The position numbers and the translations under genes are program-made. A model generated the notes under the pieces. It did not search any database and had not been told where the DNA came from. It saw only the letters and a program-made list of their open reading frames with translations. Shown here piece after piece: positions 12,711-25,046 of a stretch of DNA of 64,000 nucleotides. Location: the NCBI RefSeq assembly GCF_039654945.1, contig NW_027361725.1:21948001-22012000 (forward strand), written 5' to 3'. How positions within the stretch are numbered: the stretch's first letter is position 1; every line of letters starts with the position of its first letter. The DNA is from Dendrobates tinctorius. Its lineage: Eukaryota.

Positions 12711-13570
12711 ATGGATCCTATAGTCTCCATAACCAAGCAGCTGGAGGCTCTGTCCATACAGGTCACTGAACTGAGGGGGGCGGTCCAGCAATAAGGCCTG
12801 TCAGTTCCTGCTGTATAAACAGAGGCAGCAGTCAGGGCAGCTGAACCCAAGTTACCTCTTCCTTAACGATTTTCTGGTGATCGCTGTAAGTTCGTTGTAT
12901 TTCGTGAATCCTGCAAATTGTATTTTCATATGCGTCCACTCTCCTCAGGAAATGAGGCTCAGCGTGTGGGCTTGGTAATTTCCTTGCTGAGTGGTGATCC
13001 ACAAGCATGGGCTTTTTCACTACCTTCTGATTCACCTGTATTTGAGTCCGTAGACTTTTTTTTTTTCTGCTCTTGGTTTAATCTATGACGATCCTGACAG
13101 ACTGGCGTTAGCAGAGTCTAAAATACGCTCTCTACTCCAGGGTGAGAGACTGGCGGAGGATTATTGTATGGAATTTCATCGCTGGACTGTGTACACTCAA
13201 TGGAATGACCCTGCACTAAGGAGTCAATTTTTGCATGGGGTTTCTGGAAGGGTTAAACAAGCTCTGCTAATGTATGAGACTCCCACCTCTCTGGAGGCTG
13301 CTATGGTGCTTGTAGTACGCATTGATCGCCGCTTTCGTCAGAGTTTGCAGGAGACATTGCCTGTGGGGGGGGGCAGTCTCTGGTGAGGTTACCTCAGGTG
13401 AATCCGTGGAACTTATGCAGATCACTGGTATATCACATACACATAATAACAAGCATAAATGTCCCTTGCCCAGAAAGCAAGGGGTCTGTTTTTTTTGTGG
13501 CAAAAAAGGACATTTTATTAATGCTTGCCCCCTGGTACCTAAGAAAGACGTGCCGGCAGAAAACTGCTAG
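12711..13570 (+). pseudogene. gag: gag of family A (PEG10/RTL1-like capsid plus CCHC knuckle), with stops and frameshifts
   Basis: EPKLPLP*RFSGDR...VISLLSGDPQAWAF; QWNDPALRSQF; CFFCGKKGHFINAC. Confidence 0.9.
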
Positions 13571-16500
13571 GCTTAGAGGGATTGGAGGAGTCTAGTCTGA
13601 GCCTTTGCATATCCTCCGTGGTGGTCTCCCAGTGTATGCTCCCTGCCAAGGTAGTAATCGGGGGCCAAGAGCTGTCAATTACTGTATTTGTAGATAGTGG
13701 TTCAGCCGCTAATCTCATTGATGAAAAGTTTGCGCGTACAGCGGGATTTAAGGTGGAGACGCTGCCTAATCCTATCCCGGTGGTTACCATCAATGCCTCC
13801 CCTCTCTCACAAGGGGAGATTAAAGAGTTTGTGGCTGATGTAAAACTCCACATTGGGGTCCTACAATCTGAGCGGGTAACATGTAAGGTGCTCAGTAATT
13901 TACCTGCTCATGTAGTTCTGGGGTTTCCATGGTTGTCTATGCACAATCCGATGATTGATTGGAAAACCCAGGACATAATCCAGTGGAGCAGATATTGCCA
14001 GGAGAGTTGTCTGGCCACATGTATCTCCGCTGTGACTCCCAGCATCCCGGAGCCACTGCTGGACTTTGCTGATGTATTTTCTGAAAGAGGTTGTTCAGAG
14101 CTGCCACCGCACCGACCCTATGACTGTGCTATTAGGTTGAATCCGGGGGCCAAGTTACCGAAAGCCAGGATGTTTAATATCTCAGGTCCTGAGAGGCAAG
14201 CTCTCAAAGAATACATTGCAGAAAGTCTAAGCAAAGGGCACATCAGGCCTTCATCATCTCCATTGGCGGCGGGGTTCTTCTTTGTCAAGAAGAAAGATGG
14301 CGGATTACGCCTGTGTCTGGATTTCAGGGAACTCAACCAGATTACGGTTCGTGACCCACACCCGATGCCACTGATACCCGATTTGTTCAACCAGGTTTTC
14401 CAAGCTTGACCTCAGGGGGGCGTACAATCTCATAAGAGTCCGTCAAGGGGATGAATGGAAGACGGCATTTAATACCCCTGAGGGTCATTTTGAGAATTTG
14501 GTGATGCCATTTGGGTTGACGAGCACGCCAGCAGTATTTCAACATTTCATAAATGATATCTTTTCTCATCTCTTGGGGAAATTTGTTATTATATACCTTG
14601 AAGACATTCTTATTTACTCACGTGACCGTGATGCACACATAGAGCATGTTAGGCAGGTATTGCCAAGCTTGAGAAATGTGTATTTGTCGTGCAAGAATTA
14701 CCTTTTTTGGGTTATGTAATTTCTGCCTCAGGGTTTAAAATGGACACCGCTAAGGTGCAAGCGGTGCTGCAGTGGGATCGGCCTGATAATCTCAAGGCGC
14801 TTCAGCGATTCCTGGGCTTTTCCAACTATTATAGGAAATTTATTTAGAATTTTTCTATGATTGCTAAACCGCTCACCGACATGACTAAAAAAGGTACCAA
14901 TTTTTCTGACTGGTCTGAGGCTGCTGTGCGCACGTTTGAATTCCTAAAAAACAGTTTTGATTCAGCTCCCATCCTGGTTCAGCCTGATGTCTCTCTACCA
15001 TTTACCATGGAGGTGGATGCATCTGAGGTTGGAGTGGGGGCAGTACTGTCTCAGGGTCCATCCTTGGGTAAATTGCATCCGTGTGCCTACTTCTCCAAGA
15101 AGCTGTTGTCTGCCGAGCGTAATTACGATATTGGTAACAGGGAATTGTTGGCCATCAAGTTGGCATTTGAGGAATGGCGACACTTCTTGGAGGGGGATGT
15201 CCATCAGATTACTGTTATAACAGACCATAAAAATCTGCTTTATTTAGAGTCTGCTAAACACCTGTCCCCCAGACAGGCTCGCTGGGCGTTATTCTTCACC
15301 CGGTTCAATTTTTTTGTGACATACTGACCAGGTTCTAAGAATACTAAGGCGGACGCCTTGTCCAGATGTTTTCCGGGTGGAGAGCCACGTGAGGATCCGG
15401 TGCCTATCCTCCAAAAGGGAGTTGTGATCTCGGCTCTCACGACAGAAGTTGAGGCAGAGATTGCAGAGGCTCAGGAGGAGGTACCGCCGGATCTGCCTCC
15501 TAATAAATCATTTGTGCCACTACACCTATGCTTAAAGGTGTTAGGGGAACATCACGATACTGTCCTGGCGGGCCACCCAGGGGTTAAGGCACTCTGGAAC
15601 TTGTATCACTTCATTTTTGGTGGCCCAAAATCCGGCAGGACGTGGCCTCATATGTGTCAGCCTGTACCACGTGCGCACGGGCAAAGACACCATGCTCCCG
15701 TCCTGCTGGCACGTTGCATCCTCTCTGTGTGCCCAGTAAGCCATGGACTGAGATTTCCATGGATTTCATTACGGATTTGCCCTCCTCGGCTAGTAACACG
15801 GTCATTCTGGTAATAGTTGATCGGTTCTCTAAAATGTTGCATTTCGTTGCTTTGCCATCTTTGCCCAATGCGAAGACCCTTGCTCAGGTATTTATTTGCG
15901 AGGTGGTCAGACTTCATGGTGTCCCGTCTGACATTGTATCTGATAGAGGTACACAATTTGTGGCAAAATTTTGGAGAGCTTTTTGTTCACGCCTAGGGAT
16001 TAAATTGTCTCTTTCATCGGCTTTCCATCCGCAGTCGAATGGGCAGACTGAGCGTATGAACCAAAACCTGGAACAATACTTACGCTGTTTTGTTTCTGAC
16101 AATCAGGAAGAGTGGTCGGCGTTTCTTCCTCTGGCTGAATTCGCGATAAACAATCATTGTCAGGAATCGTCTGGGGAATCTCCTTTCTTTTGTGTTTATG
16201 GTCAACATCCCCAATTCTGTATCTTGCACCAAGGGTGCTCTGCGGGCGTCCCTGAGGAGGACCAGTTGGGAGCACAATTGTCATCCGTTTGGAGGAGAGT
16301 AAAGCAGCGCTTGCTGAATGTAGGTTCTAGGTACAAACGTGTGGCTGACGGTAGACGTGTGCCAGGTCCGGACCTGTGTGTGGGTGATTGGGTGTGGTTG
16401 TCTACAAGGAACATCAAACTCAAAATACCATCGCTTAAGTTGGGTCCCAGGTTCATTAGTCCGTTTAGGATCTCTGCAATTATCAACCCTGTGGCATTTC

Positions 16501-16900
16501 GTTTGGAGTTACCTGCCCTATACAAGATACATAATGTGTTTCACAAAGCGTTACTTAAGAAAGTCGTGGGTGCTGTTGATGCTTCTCCCATTCCACCACC
16601 TCCCGTCTTGGTGGATGGCACGTTGGAGTTTGAGGTGTCCAAGGTGGTTGACTCTCGGGTAGTGCGTCGCACTCTACAGTACCTGGTCCACTGGCGTGGC
16701 TATGGTCCTGAGGAGAGGACTTGGGTGCTGGCTTCGGGGCTTCGGACATACATGCGGACCGACTGATAACAGGGTTTCATCGCCACCATCCGGACAAGCC
16801 GGGTCCTCGACATTGTGAGGTTCCTGGGGTCTCTCGTAGAAGGCGGGGTACTGTCATGTCGGACACTGTTCGCACCAGGGTGTCCGGCAGACAGCGGTAA
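13558..16900 (+). pseudogene. pol: pol of family A: PR-RT-RNaseH-IN-chromodomain, disrupted
   Basis: FVDSGS protease; LPPHRPYDCAI, FFVKKKDG, MPFGL and YLEDILI (decayed YLDD) RT; [26 protein letters not shown] RNase H; ISMDFITDLP, SDRGTQF, HPQSNGQTER integrase; FEVSKVVDSR...QYLVHWRGYGPEERTW chromodomain. Confidence 0.95.
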
Positions 16901-19248
16901 TACCCCATCCTACCACTTGGTTTTCAGCGGCGCTGGTTGGTCTTCTGATCCAGCTTGGATTGGGTTAACCAGGTTGTCAGTCTGGCTGAGGGCTTAGCCA
17001 TGCCCTCTGTCTTTAAATTGTCCTGCGTGACTATGGGCGTCGCCGACTATAGCTCTTGCCTTGTGCTAGCGATACCGGTCTGGAGTGGTGGTCTAAGGAG
17101 CATACGGTTTCTGGTGTAGTATATTCCGTTGTTGCCATTTTGCCTCCCTGTGTTGTATTTTTTGGTTGCCCTTGCACATTATTGTATTCTCCTATGTGTA
17201 CGCGGTGTGGTGCGTTTCCTTTATCCCTGTCCATACTTATTTGTGGGGTCTGGTGTTTGGTCTCCTCACTGGGTGGAGGGTGGTGGGTTCAGCTTAGGGC
17301 TGGACAGGAGACAAGGACAGGGTGGAGGCCCAGGCAGGCACACCTTCAGTGTAAACCCTGGGTTGAGGGACAGACAGGGTCTCCCCTAGTCTGAGGGACA
17401 CCGCAGGGGCCCCGGGGTTTCAGCCTAAAGTTACCTAGGCTTCCCATGACAGTTACCAACCTCTCTGGTTTTCTGTGGCTTAGCTTGGTCTTGCTTTCCT
17501 CCTCGGTGACCCAATCATAACAGCTAAAGTAGTGGACAACCTCTTTAATTACAGCAAATGATATCACAAAAGAGTCACCAAAGTCAGAGCCCTACCAAAC
17601 TCGACACTTACGGCAAGTCCTAGCAATCCTTGTCTAGCACAATGAGTAGATAAATAAAAAAAACTCTGCGACTGAGGATCAATAGGGGTCCTAACGCTAA
17701 CCCCATGGTTAAAAAAAAAAAAATCACATCCCCTCTAATAAAATATAAAATTTCTATAAAATGTACAATATCACTATCATTGACTAGCATCTGTCAATTA
17801 ACCATTAATGGGCTGAGGATTTTTGTTTTTATAAATATGTTTATTTAAATATTTAACATTAAAAAAAACACCTCTCAAAATTGTATGTACAGAATGTTTT
17901 CCAGTTTTACACTGCTCCCATCAATGCCACCTCATCATTAACTTGTTAAAAGTTCTTTCTTTCCCAAGAAAATGAAAAAGAAAGCGCAGCTGCGTAATGT
18001 CTGTGCTTTCTGCTGGAACCTGCGTTGCCTGCGCAGTAAAAAAAAATACATTTCCAGGGAAAACAAAGAAACAATTTGATTGGTTTGAGTTGAGAGTGTG
18101 GGATATCAAGGAGTGATCAGGCATACATGGCTTTTTTTTTCTCTATCATCTATTTTTTTCTTCAGTCAAAACAATGAAGCTGAGTATTTTCTGTGCTCTT
18201 GGGAGATTTACATACAATTTATATCAGCAATGGCAGGGTAGGGAGAACAAAAGTAAAAAAAAATAAATAAATTACAGATTTCCGAGGATGCTAAGCACCT
18301 CATTGGTAAGTCTTCCTATGCATCTACTGACAGCTGATGGCTAGATTAAACAAAGAGACCAGTAACTTGGGCTATTAGCTTCAAGCAATCATGTCCCATT
18401 ATTGCAATTATGTGGGTAAATGCATAAAATCACGTTATGTATCTCACATCCCTGTTGGAGAAATCTTTTCGTTTCTGGGGTTCCTGCCTGCGGTAATGTG
18501 CAAATATTTATACAGTTTTTTTTCATATGTTCCCTACTAACACGCACATTTGTATCAGCACATTTGTAATCATTGCCGAAGAATCACCTAAATTGCATTA
18601 AGGGGTTATTCCTGGAATCAAATTAAAAACAAGAAAAATTAGGAAGATACATTAAAATGACATTTCTCGAGTGTAGGCAGGGCGCAGTGCCATACCACAA
18701 CTATCTATTTGCTCTTCCTGTACAACCCTATTAATTTTTTTAAATTGATATTTATTTGGACTCCTCATTGTGAAGGGGGCCACCAGAAACAATAGGTGAA
18801 CTCTACTGACCCTAAAAACATCCCTTTGAAAACGATAACATGGCTCTTGCATCACGGAACACGTTCACCCTGGTGATCTAGTGGTGGTGTCGGAAGAGAC
18901 GTGGAGGATGGCCTAATAAAAATCTTTTCCCAATTTAAAGGAGCGGGTCTCCTATGGTTGTAATGCCCATACACTAAGTGTATGGGCTGCCAAACATTTC
19001 CCCCTGGGGGGTACACATCAACATACCATGTAACAATTTTTTGTACGGCCATCATAAACACCCTTGAAAAAAATAACGTGGCTGTTGCATCACGGATCAT
19101 GGTCACCATGGTCATCTAGTGGTGATGGCTGATGAGGATGAGGAGAAGGAGGAGGATAACAGCAAATAGGCAAAATCAGGAAGCATTTAGCCATGTGTGA
19201 GTGTAAAGCGGTGCATGGGAATATACCTCCAAAAAAATACATTTGAGG

Positions 19249-22080
19249 TTATGTTTTGCTGTTATCATTCTGTGGTGTAGAGAAGTCTGGCCCATTCCAG
19301 CCCTTGTTCATTTTTATAAGAGCCAGCCTGTCAGCATTTTCAGTTGACAGGCGGATGTGCTTATCAGTTATAATTCCACCAGCAGCACTAAAAACCCGCT
19401 CTGACAAAACGCTAGCGGCAGGGCAGGCCAGGACCTCCAAGGCGTAGAGAGCCAGTTCATGCCACGTGTCCAGCTTGGATACCCAATAATTAAAAGGCAC
19501 AGAGGAATCATGGAGGACATTGGTATAGTCAGCAAGGCACTCTCAGTATCTTCCAAAACTTTGCACTCCTTGTGAGAGTGCCCCGTGCCTCTGGGCCAGG
19601 GCGATGGGAGGGTCTGAGAAAACTCTCCCAGAACTTTGCCAGTGTACCCCTGCCTCTGCTGGATTGGAGATGTGTCTCTCTCGTCTGCACTCCTTGGTTG
19701 TCCAACGAACTGTGACCTCTGCCGCCAGCATTTTCAGATGGGAATTTTTTAAATAATTCTGCAACAACGGCCTTCCTGTTCTGCACCATTTTAGAACACC
19801 TGTCTGCCTCTGGAAGAAGAGATTGAAAGTTCTCCTTGTGGCATGGGTCTAGAAGTGTCACCAACCAGTAATAATTGTCATCCAAAAATTGGAGAATACA
19901 AGGGTCACGGGAAAGGCAGCGCAACATAAAGTCAGCCATGCATGCCAGACTGCTAACAGGCAAGATTTCTGTGTCCTCACCAAGAGGACGACTGACCATG
20001 TTCTCCTCCTCCTCCTCCCTGTCCTCTGGCTATCCACGTTGAACATACGGTATGACAGTTGTGCTTGTAGTACCGTCTATAACGCATGAAAGTAGCTCCT
20101 GTTCTTCCTCCTCCTTCTCCTCTTCCTCATTGTCAACCAATCCTCATTGGGATGACATGAGGCTGGGCTGTGTGTAATCACCCTGTATGATTCCTTGCTC
20201 CATCTCATCGTGCTCCTCCTGAGCAGAGAGCTTTTCAGAATACAAAGAAGCAGGTTGCTGACGCTAATTATGACGTCATCGCCGCTCACCATTTTGGTAG
20301 ACTCCCCAAAATTTTGGAGGATGGTAGATATGTCTGACATCCATGTCCAGTCCTGAGGTCTTATGTGTGGAGTCTGAACTGAATACCAACGGCCTTGTTG
20401 ATGCTAGTAGTCAACAACTGCCCTCTTCTGCTCACAAATCCTTCTCAACATCAGCAGTGTAGAGTTTCAATACGTGGGGACATCACACACCAGTCGATGA
20501 GCCGGAAGCTGCAAACGCTGCTTAAGCATGGCAAATTCAGCAGAAGCTGTAACTGAGTTTCTAAAATGGGCACACAGGCGGTGTACTTTGACAAGCAGTA
20601 ACCGCTGAACCACAAGATTAAGAACATGGGCCAGGCATGGTATGTGTGTGAGCTTGCCTCGCCTCAGAGCCGCCACCAGGTTCCGGCCATAGTCACACAT
20701 GACCATGCCTGACTGTAGGTTCAGCGATGTCAGCCACACATCTGCCTGCTCTTTCAGCATTGTCTGATTTGTCACCTGAGCATATTAGCTTCAGCAGAGC
20801 CTGTTGCCACTTGGCTGAGGCAGTGCTGCAGTGCTTCTAGCTTGTGACTGATGTGGTCATTTCGGAGATGGAGGCTGAAGAGGGTGGAGGAGGAGGAGTA
20901 GGTACAGGAGCTGTAGACTGTGGGGGCAACCTTGATTGATGTAGGGCCCACAATCCTCGGCATCAGGAGGACGTGTTCCATCCCAAGGTCTGACTGGGTC
21001 CCGGCTTCCACTATGTTAACCCAGTGTGCTGTCAGCGAGATGTACCGTCCCTACCCCCAAGCACTTGTCCACGTGTCCATGGTTAGGTGGACTTTCCCAG
21101 TAACAGCATTGTTGAGGGCACGGGTAATGTTGTGGGGCATGTGCTTGTGTAATGCCGGGACAGCACACCGGGAGAAATACTGGCGGCTGGGGACCCAGTA
21201 TCTTGGGACGGCTGCCACCATCAGGTTGCAGAAAGCTTCCATCTCCACGAACCTAAAACGCAACATTTCAAGCACAAGCAGATGAGAAATGTGTGAATTT
21301 AGTACTGTGGCCTGTGAGGTGTTGGCTACGTATTTATGCTTGCGTTCCAAAGACTGGGGTATGTTCAACTGAACGCTGCGCGGGGACAAGGATGTGGACG
21401 TGCTTGATGATGGTGGTAGTTGAGTGTGTACAATGAAAGTTGCAGGACAGGAGGCATCTTTGCAGGCACCATGGACATCGGATTGGCTTCCATGCACAAC
21501 AGCGGAAGAAGCAGTGGTGTCACCCGCAGTGTTTCTGAACCCTTGGGTTCGGCTCACAACGTCGGGTGCTTTGCTGCCATGTGCCTGATCATGCTGGTGG
21601 TGGTCAGGCTGGTAGTTTTGCTACCCCTGCTGATGTAGGCATGGCAGGTGCTGCAAATGACCTGTTTGGGGTTATCGGCAGAGTCTTTAAAAAACAACCA
21701 GACTCGGGAAGACCTAACAGTTGTACTGCCAACTTCTGTCATGTTGGTGTTACGAGGAATGGTTTCTGCCTTCTGTGTGCTGCTGTCCTCGCTCTGCATG
21801 TCCTCCTGTCAGGTTTGGTCAGTTACTATATCATCCACCACCTTGTCTTCCACTTCCGCACCCTGGTCCTCCTCCTGACTTTCTGGCAATTGTGTCTCAT
21901 CATCATCCACCTCTTGTGACACGTTCCCCCTGTCACCTTCGTGTGACCATGGCTGCCCAAATATTTGGGCATCGCTACATGCGATCTCATCTTGCCCTGC
22001 TTCAAGTGGACAGGGTAAGAGGCCCGGATCTATAAATGGAACAGCTCTTCGGAGTTTCCAAGTGTAGGGTCAGTTGTCTC
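19249..22080 (-). pseudogene. Decayed hAT transposase (BED zinc finger, DDE core, hATC dimerisation domain)
   Basis: SRVWLFF...VICSTC...SMIRHMAAKHP (BED); VHLTMDTWTS; HIPCLAHVLNLVV; YWVSKLDTWHELALYALEVLACPAASVLSERVFS. Many frameshifts; TIRs not found. Confidence 0.92.
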
Positions 22081-22309
22081 AGGGCACTCGGCAGGCCTCC
22101 ACAGATAAAGGCTGGAGCAGCACAGGTGCACGCTACTGATGAGAACAACCACCCTTTCATCTAAATGAATTGGAAAGTTGCGAGTGATTGTCTCATCGGC
22201 ATTTTTGCACCTGTGTTAAATGGGTCCACTGCATGCTGTTAGTGCATTTGTTTGGAGGCCTGGGTAGGTAAACATCTCTGCCTTTTTTCTGCTGTTTTTT
22301 CAATTTTTT

Positions 22310-25046
22310 GGAAGATCTTTAAGTCCTCTTTTTGCTGCTTAGTGATAGTATTTGTATATTCAGCAGAAATTGTGGGACAAATTCTGGTGCCAATTTTACC
22401 CACTTCTTGTGTGAAAATGTTAAATCTGGGGCTAAAACAAAATTTTTATGGTAAAATGTAATTATTTTTTCTCCACTGCCCAATGGTATAAAATTCTGTG
22501 ACATACCATTGGTATCAATATGATCACTGCACCCTTAGAATAATTCATTGAGAGGTGTAGTTTGTAAAATGGGGTAACTTATCGGGCGTTCTACTGTCCT
22601 GGCACCTCAGGGGCTCTGCCAGTGGGTCATGGCACCCTCAAACCATAATAGTAAAATATGCAGTATAATATGGCACTCCTTCCCTTTTGAGCTTTGCACT
22701 GTACCTCAAAAGTTGTTTTTACCCACACATGGGTTATTGTCAAACTCAGGAGAAATTACACAACAAATTCTGGGGTCCATTTTCTCCTGTTACCCTTGAG
22801 AAAATAAAAAATTTGGGGCAAAAATACAATTTTGCAGGAAAAATATATTTTTTTAATTTTCTTTGCTCTGTTATAAACTTCTGTAAAGAACCTGGTGGTT
22901 CAACATGCACACAACACATATAGGTAAGTTCCTTGAGGGGTCTAGTTTCCAAAATGGTATCAATTGGGGGGGATTTCCACTGTTTAGGCACATCAGGGGC
23001 CCTCCAAAAGTGACATGGCATCCGTTCTTGATTCCAGCCAATTTTGTGTTCAAAAAGTCAAACCTTTCTCTTTCGGTTCCTGACGTGCACTGAAGCAGTG
23101 GTCTTCCTGTACACATGGGGTATTGACGTACTCAGGAGAAATTGAACAACAAATTTTGTGGTCCATTTTCTCCTGCTACCTTTGTTAAAATGAAAAAAAA
23201 AAAATTGGTGCTAAAAGATGATTTGGGGGAAAAAAAATTGATTTTTAATTTTCACGGCTCTACGTTATTAACTTATGTGAAGCATCTGGGGCTTCAATGC
23301 GCTCACTAAACATCTAGATAAGTCCCTTGAGCAGTCTAGTTTCCAAAATGGGGTCACTTGTGGGGGGTTTCCACTGTTTAGGCATACCAGGGGTTCTCCA
23401 AACATGACATGGCATCCGTTATCGATTCTAGCCAATTTTGCGTTCAAAACATGAAACGGTGCTCCTTCCCTTCTGAGCCCTGCCATGCGCCCAAACAGTG
23501 GTCTTTCTCCACACATGGGGTATTGGCGTACTCAGGAGAAATTTCTCAACAAATATTGTAGCTCATTTTCTTTTGATACCCTTGAGAAAATAAAAACAAA
23601 TTGTGTCCAAAGTAAAATTTTTGTGAAAAAAGTTAAATGTTAATTTTTTCCTTCCACATTGATTCAATTCTTGTGAAGCATCTGAAGGGTTAATAAACTT
23701 CTTGCATGTGGTTTTGAACACCTTGAGGGGTGCAGTTTTTAGAATGGTGTCACTTTTGGGTATTTTCTGTCATAGGCCCCTCAAAGTCACTTCAATTGTA
23801 ATATGGTCCCAAAAAAAATATGGCTTTGTGAGTTTTGTTTGAAAAGTGAGAAATCGCTGGTCAATTTGTTAGGGTTAGCGGATTGCACTGAATAAAATTA
23901 ATAAGAAAGTGCAATCGCAACCCGGGGTCCACCGTGCAGAGATGTTTTCCTGCTGCTAGTGTGAACAAATGACGGATAAGAAACTCGCGAATGCACTGCG
24001 TTAAAACCACACAGAGCAAACGGGAAGCAGAGTACCAAGCTCAGCTAACTACCGAGCGGCACTAAAAATATAAGAACCCTACTCAGCTAACCACCAAGCG
24101 GCAATGAAAAAATAAGAAATCTACAATACCCTGTAGAACCCACAGGGAGTAAGCATGCGGGTTGAGCTTGCCCCGCAACTGACCCGTGCTAACCGCACAC
24201 GTGTCCGAGACAGGTGCTAAGTCAAGCGAAAAGGCAAAATCTACACTACCTATCTGAAGCTGACCAGGGCTAACCACACAAAAGCATACAGAGAGGGCGT
24301 TAGAGTATCCACCCACACACACCACAATACCAATGACGCTAGCACACCTGCGTGCGCTGCTGGGCTCCACCCCAAACAAGCCCAGTTGGAAACGTCACCT
24401 GTGGGCCAATCCAGAGCCACATCACCAGAGCAGTAAGTGCCCAAGCACAAATGAGAAGATGCCACATCACGGACATGCTCAGTAAGATGATTTAGACTCC
24501 AGAGGGTAGGTCTGCCTCTGTAGACCACTGGTTACCATAGACTTAGCTGTAGAGGCAGCAGTAATTACATGGACACTACGAAGTAGTGCAAGATTCTGGG
24601 ACTGACGTCTGTACTGAGCAGCAATCCCAGTGGCTGGGTCTGAATGGGAGACTGCAGAGGCAGACAAGACCCATGCAACGGAAGAATCTTGGCACTTAAC
24701 GCAACTTTTAACCTTTAGAACTTCCTTATAAAAAAAAATTATGTTTCAAAAACTGATGTAAAGTAGACATGTGGTTTATGTTATTTATTAACTATTTTGT
24801 GTGACTGATAGGTATAAAAATTAAACGTTTAAAAATTGTGAAATTTTCTAAAATTTTTATCAAATTTACAAATTTTGAAGACATTTTACCACTATCATAA
24901 AGTACAATATGTCACGAAAAAACAATCTCAGAATAACCGGCATCTGTTGAAGCATTCCAGAGTTATAACCACATAAAGTGATAGTGGTCAGATTTCAAAA
25001 TTAAGGCCTGGTCATTAACCTACAAAGTGGCTTCATCCTTAAGGGG
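22310..25046 (-). mobile_element. Truncated non-autonomous piggyBac-type element with ~380-bp internal repeats
   Basis: Ends ...AAGGGG|TTAA (25047-50); reverse-complement homolog of 30960-33780; interrupted by a solo LTR. Confidence 0.75.
23867..24701 (-). mobile_element. Solo LTR (family C)
   Basis: TGTTAGG...CTTAACG; TSD CAATT / CAACT; host sequence rejoins; homologous to 43986-45411. Orientation inferred. Confidence 0.82.

Larger units (their letters stand above)
12073..17451 (+). mobile_element. Full-length Ty3/Gypsy chromovirus (Tf1/sushi group), family A
   Basis: LTRs at 12073-12671 and 16852-17451 (TG...CA; about 11 substitutions plus 1 indel); 5-bp TSD GTTAC; purine-rich PPT AGAAGGCGGGG before the 3' LTR; gag-pol inside. 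Confidence 0.97.
11257..17522 (+). mobile_element. Solo LTR of Gypsy family B (11257-12072 plus 17457-17522), interrupted by family A
   Basis: TGTTGTGAA...TCATAACA; colinear with the LTR at 58888-59812; flanked by GCTAAA on both sides. Confidence 0.92.
9614..17544. mobile_element. T2-type MITE split by three nested insertions (pieces 9614-9886, 11189-11256, 17523-17544)
   Basis: Termini AGAGGTTGTC / GACAACCTCT-TTAA; inverted internal GTCATCAATGTCTGAT / ATCAGACATTGATGAC; pieces rejoin across the TSDs. Confidence 0.8.

Noticed and set aside
12711-16766. Host PEG10/RTL1 ortholog
   Set aside because: Flanked by LTRs and a TSD and disrupted; it is a retrotransposon copy.
19249-21799. Domesticated ZBED host gene
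   Set aside because: Multiple frameshifts, stops and decayed catalytic motifs indicate a dead transposase.
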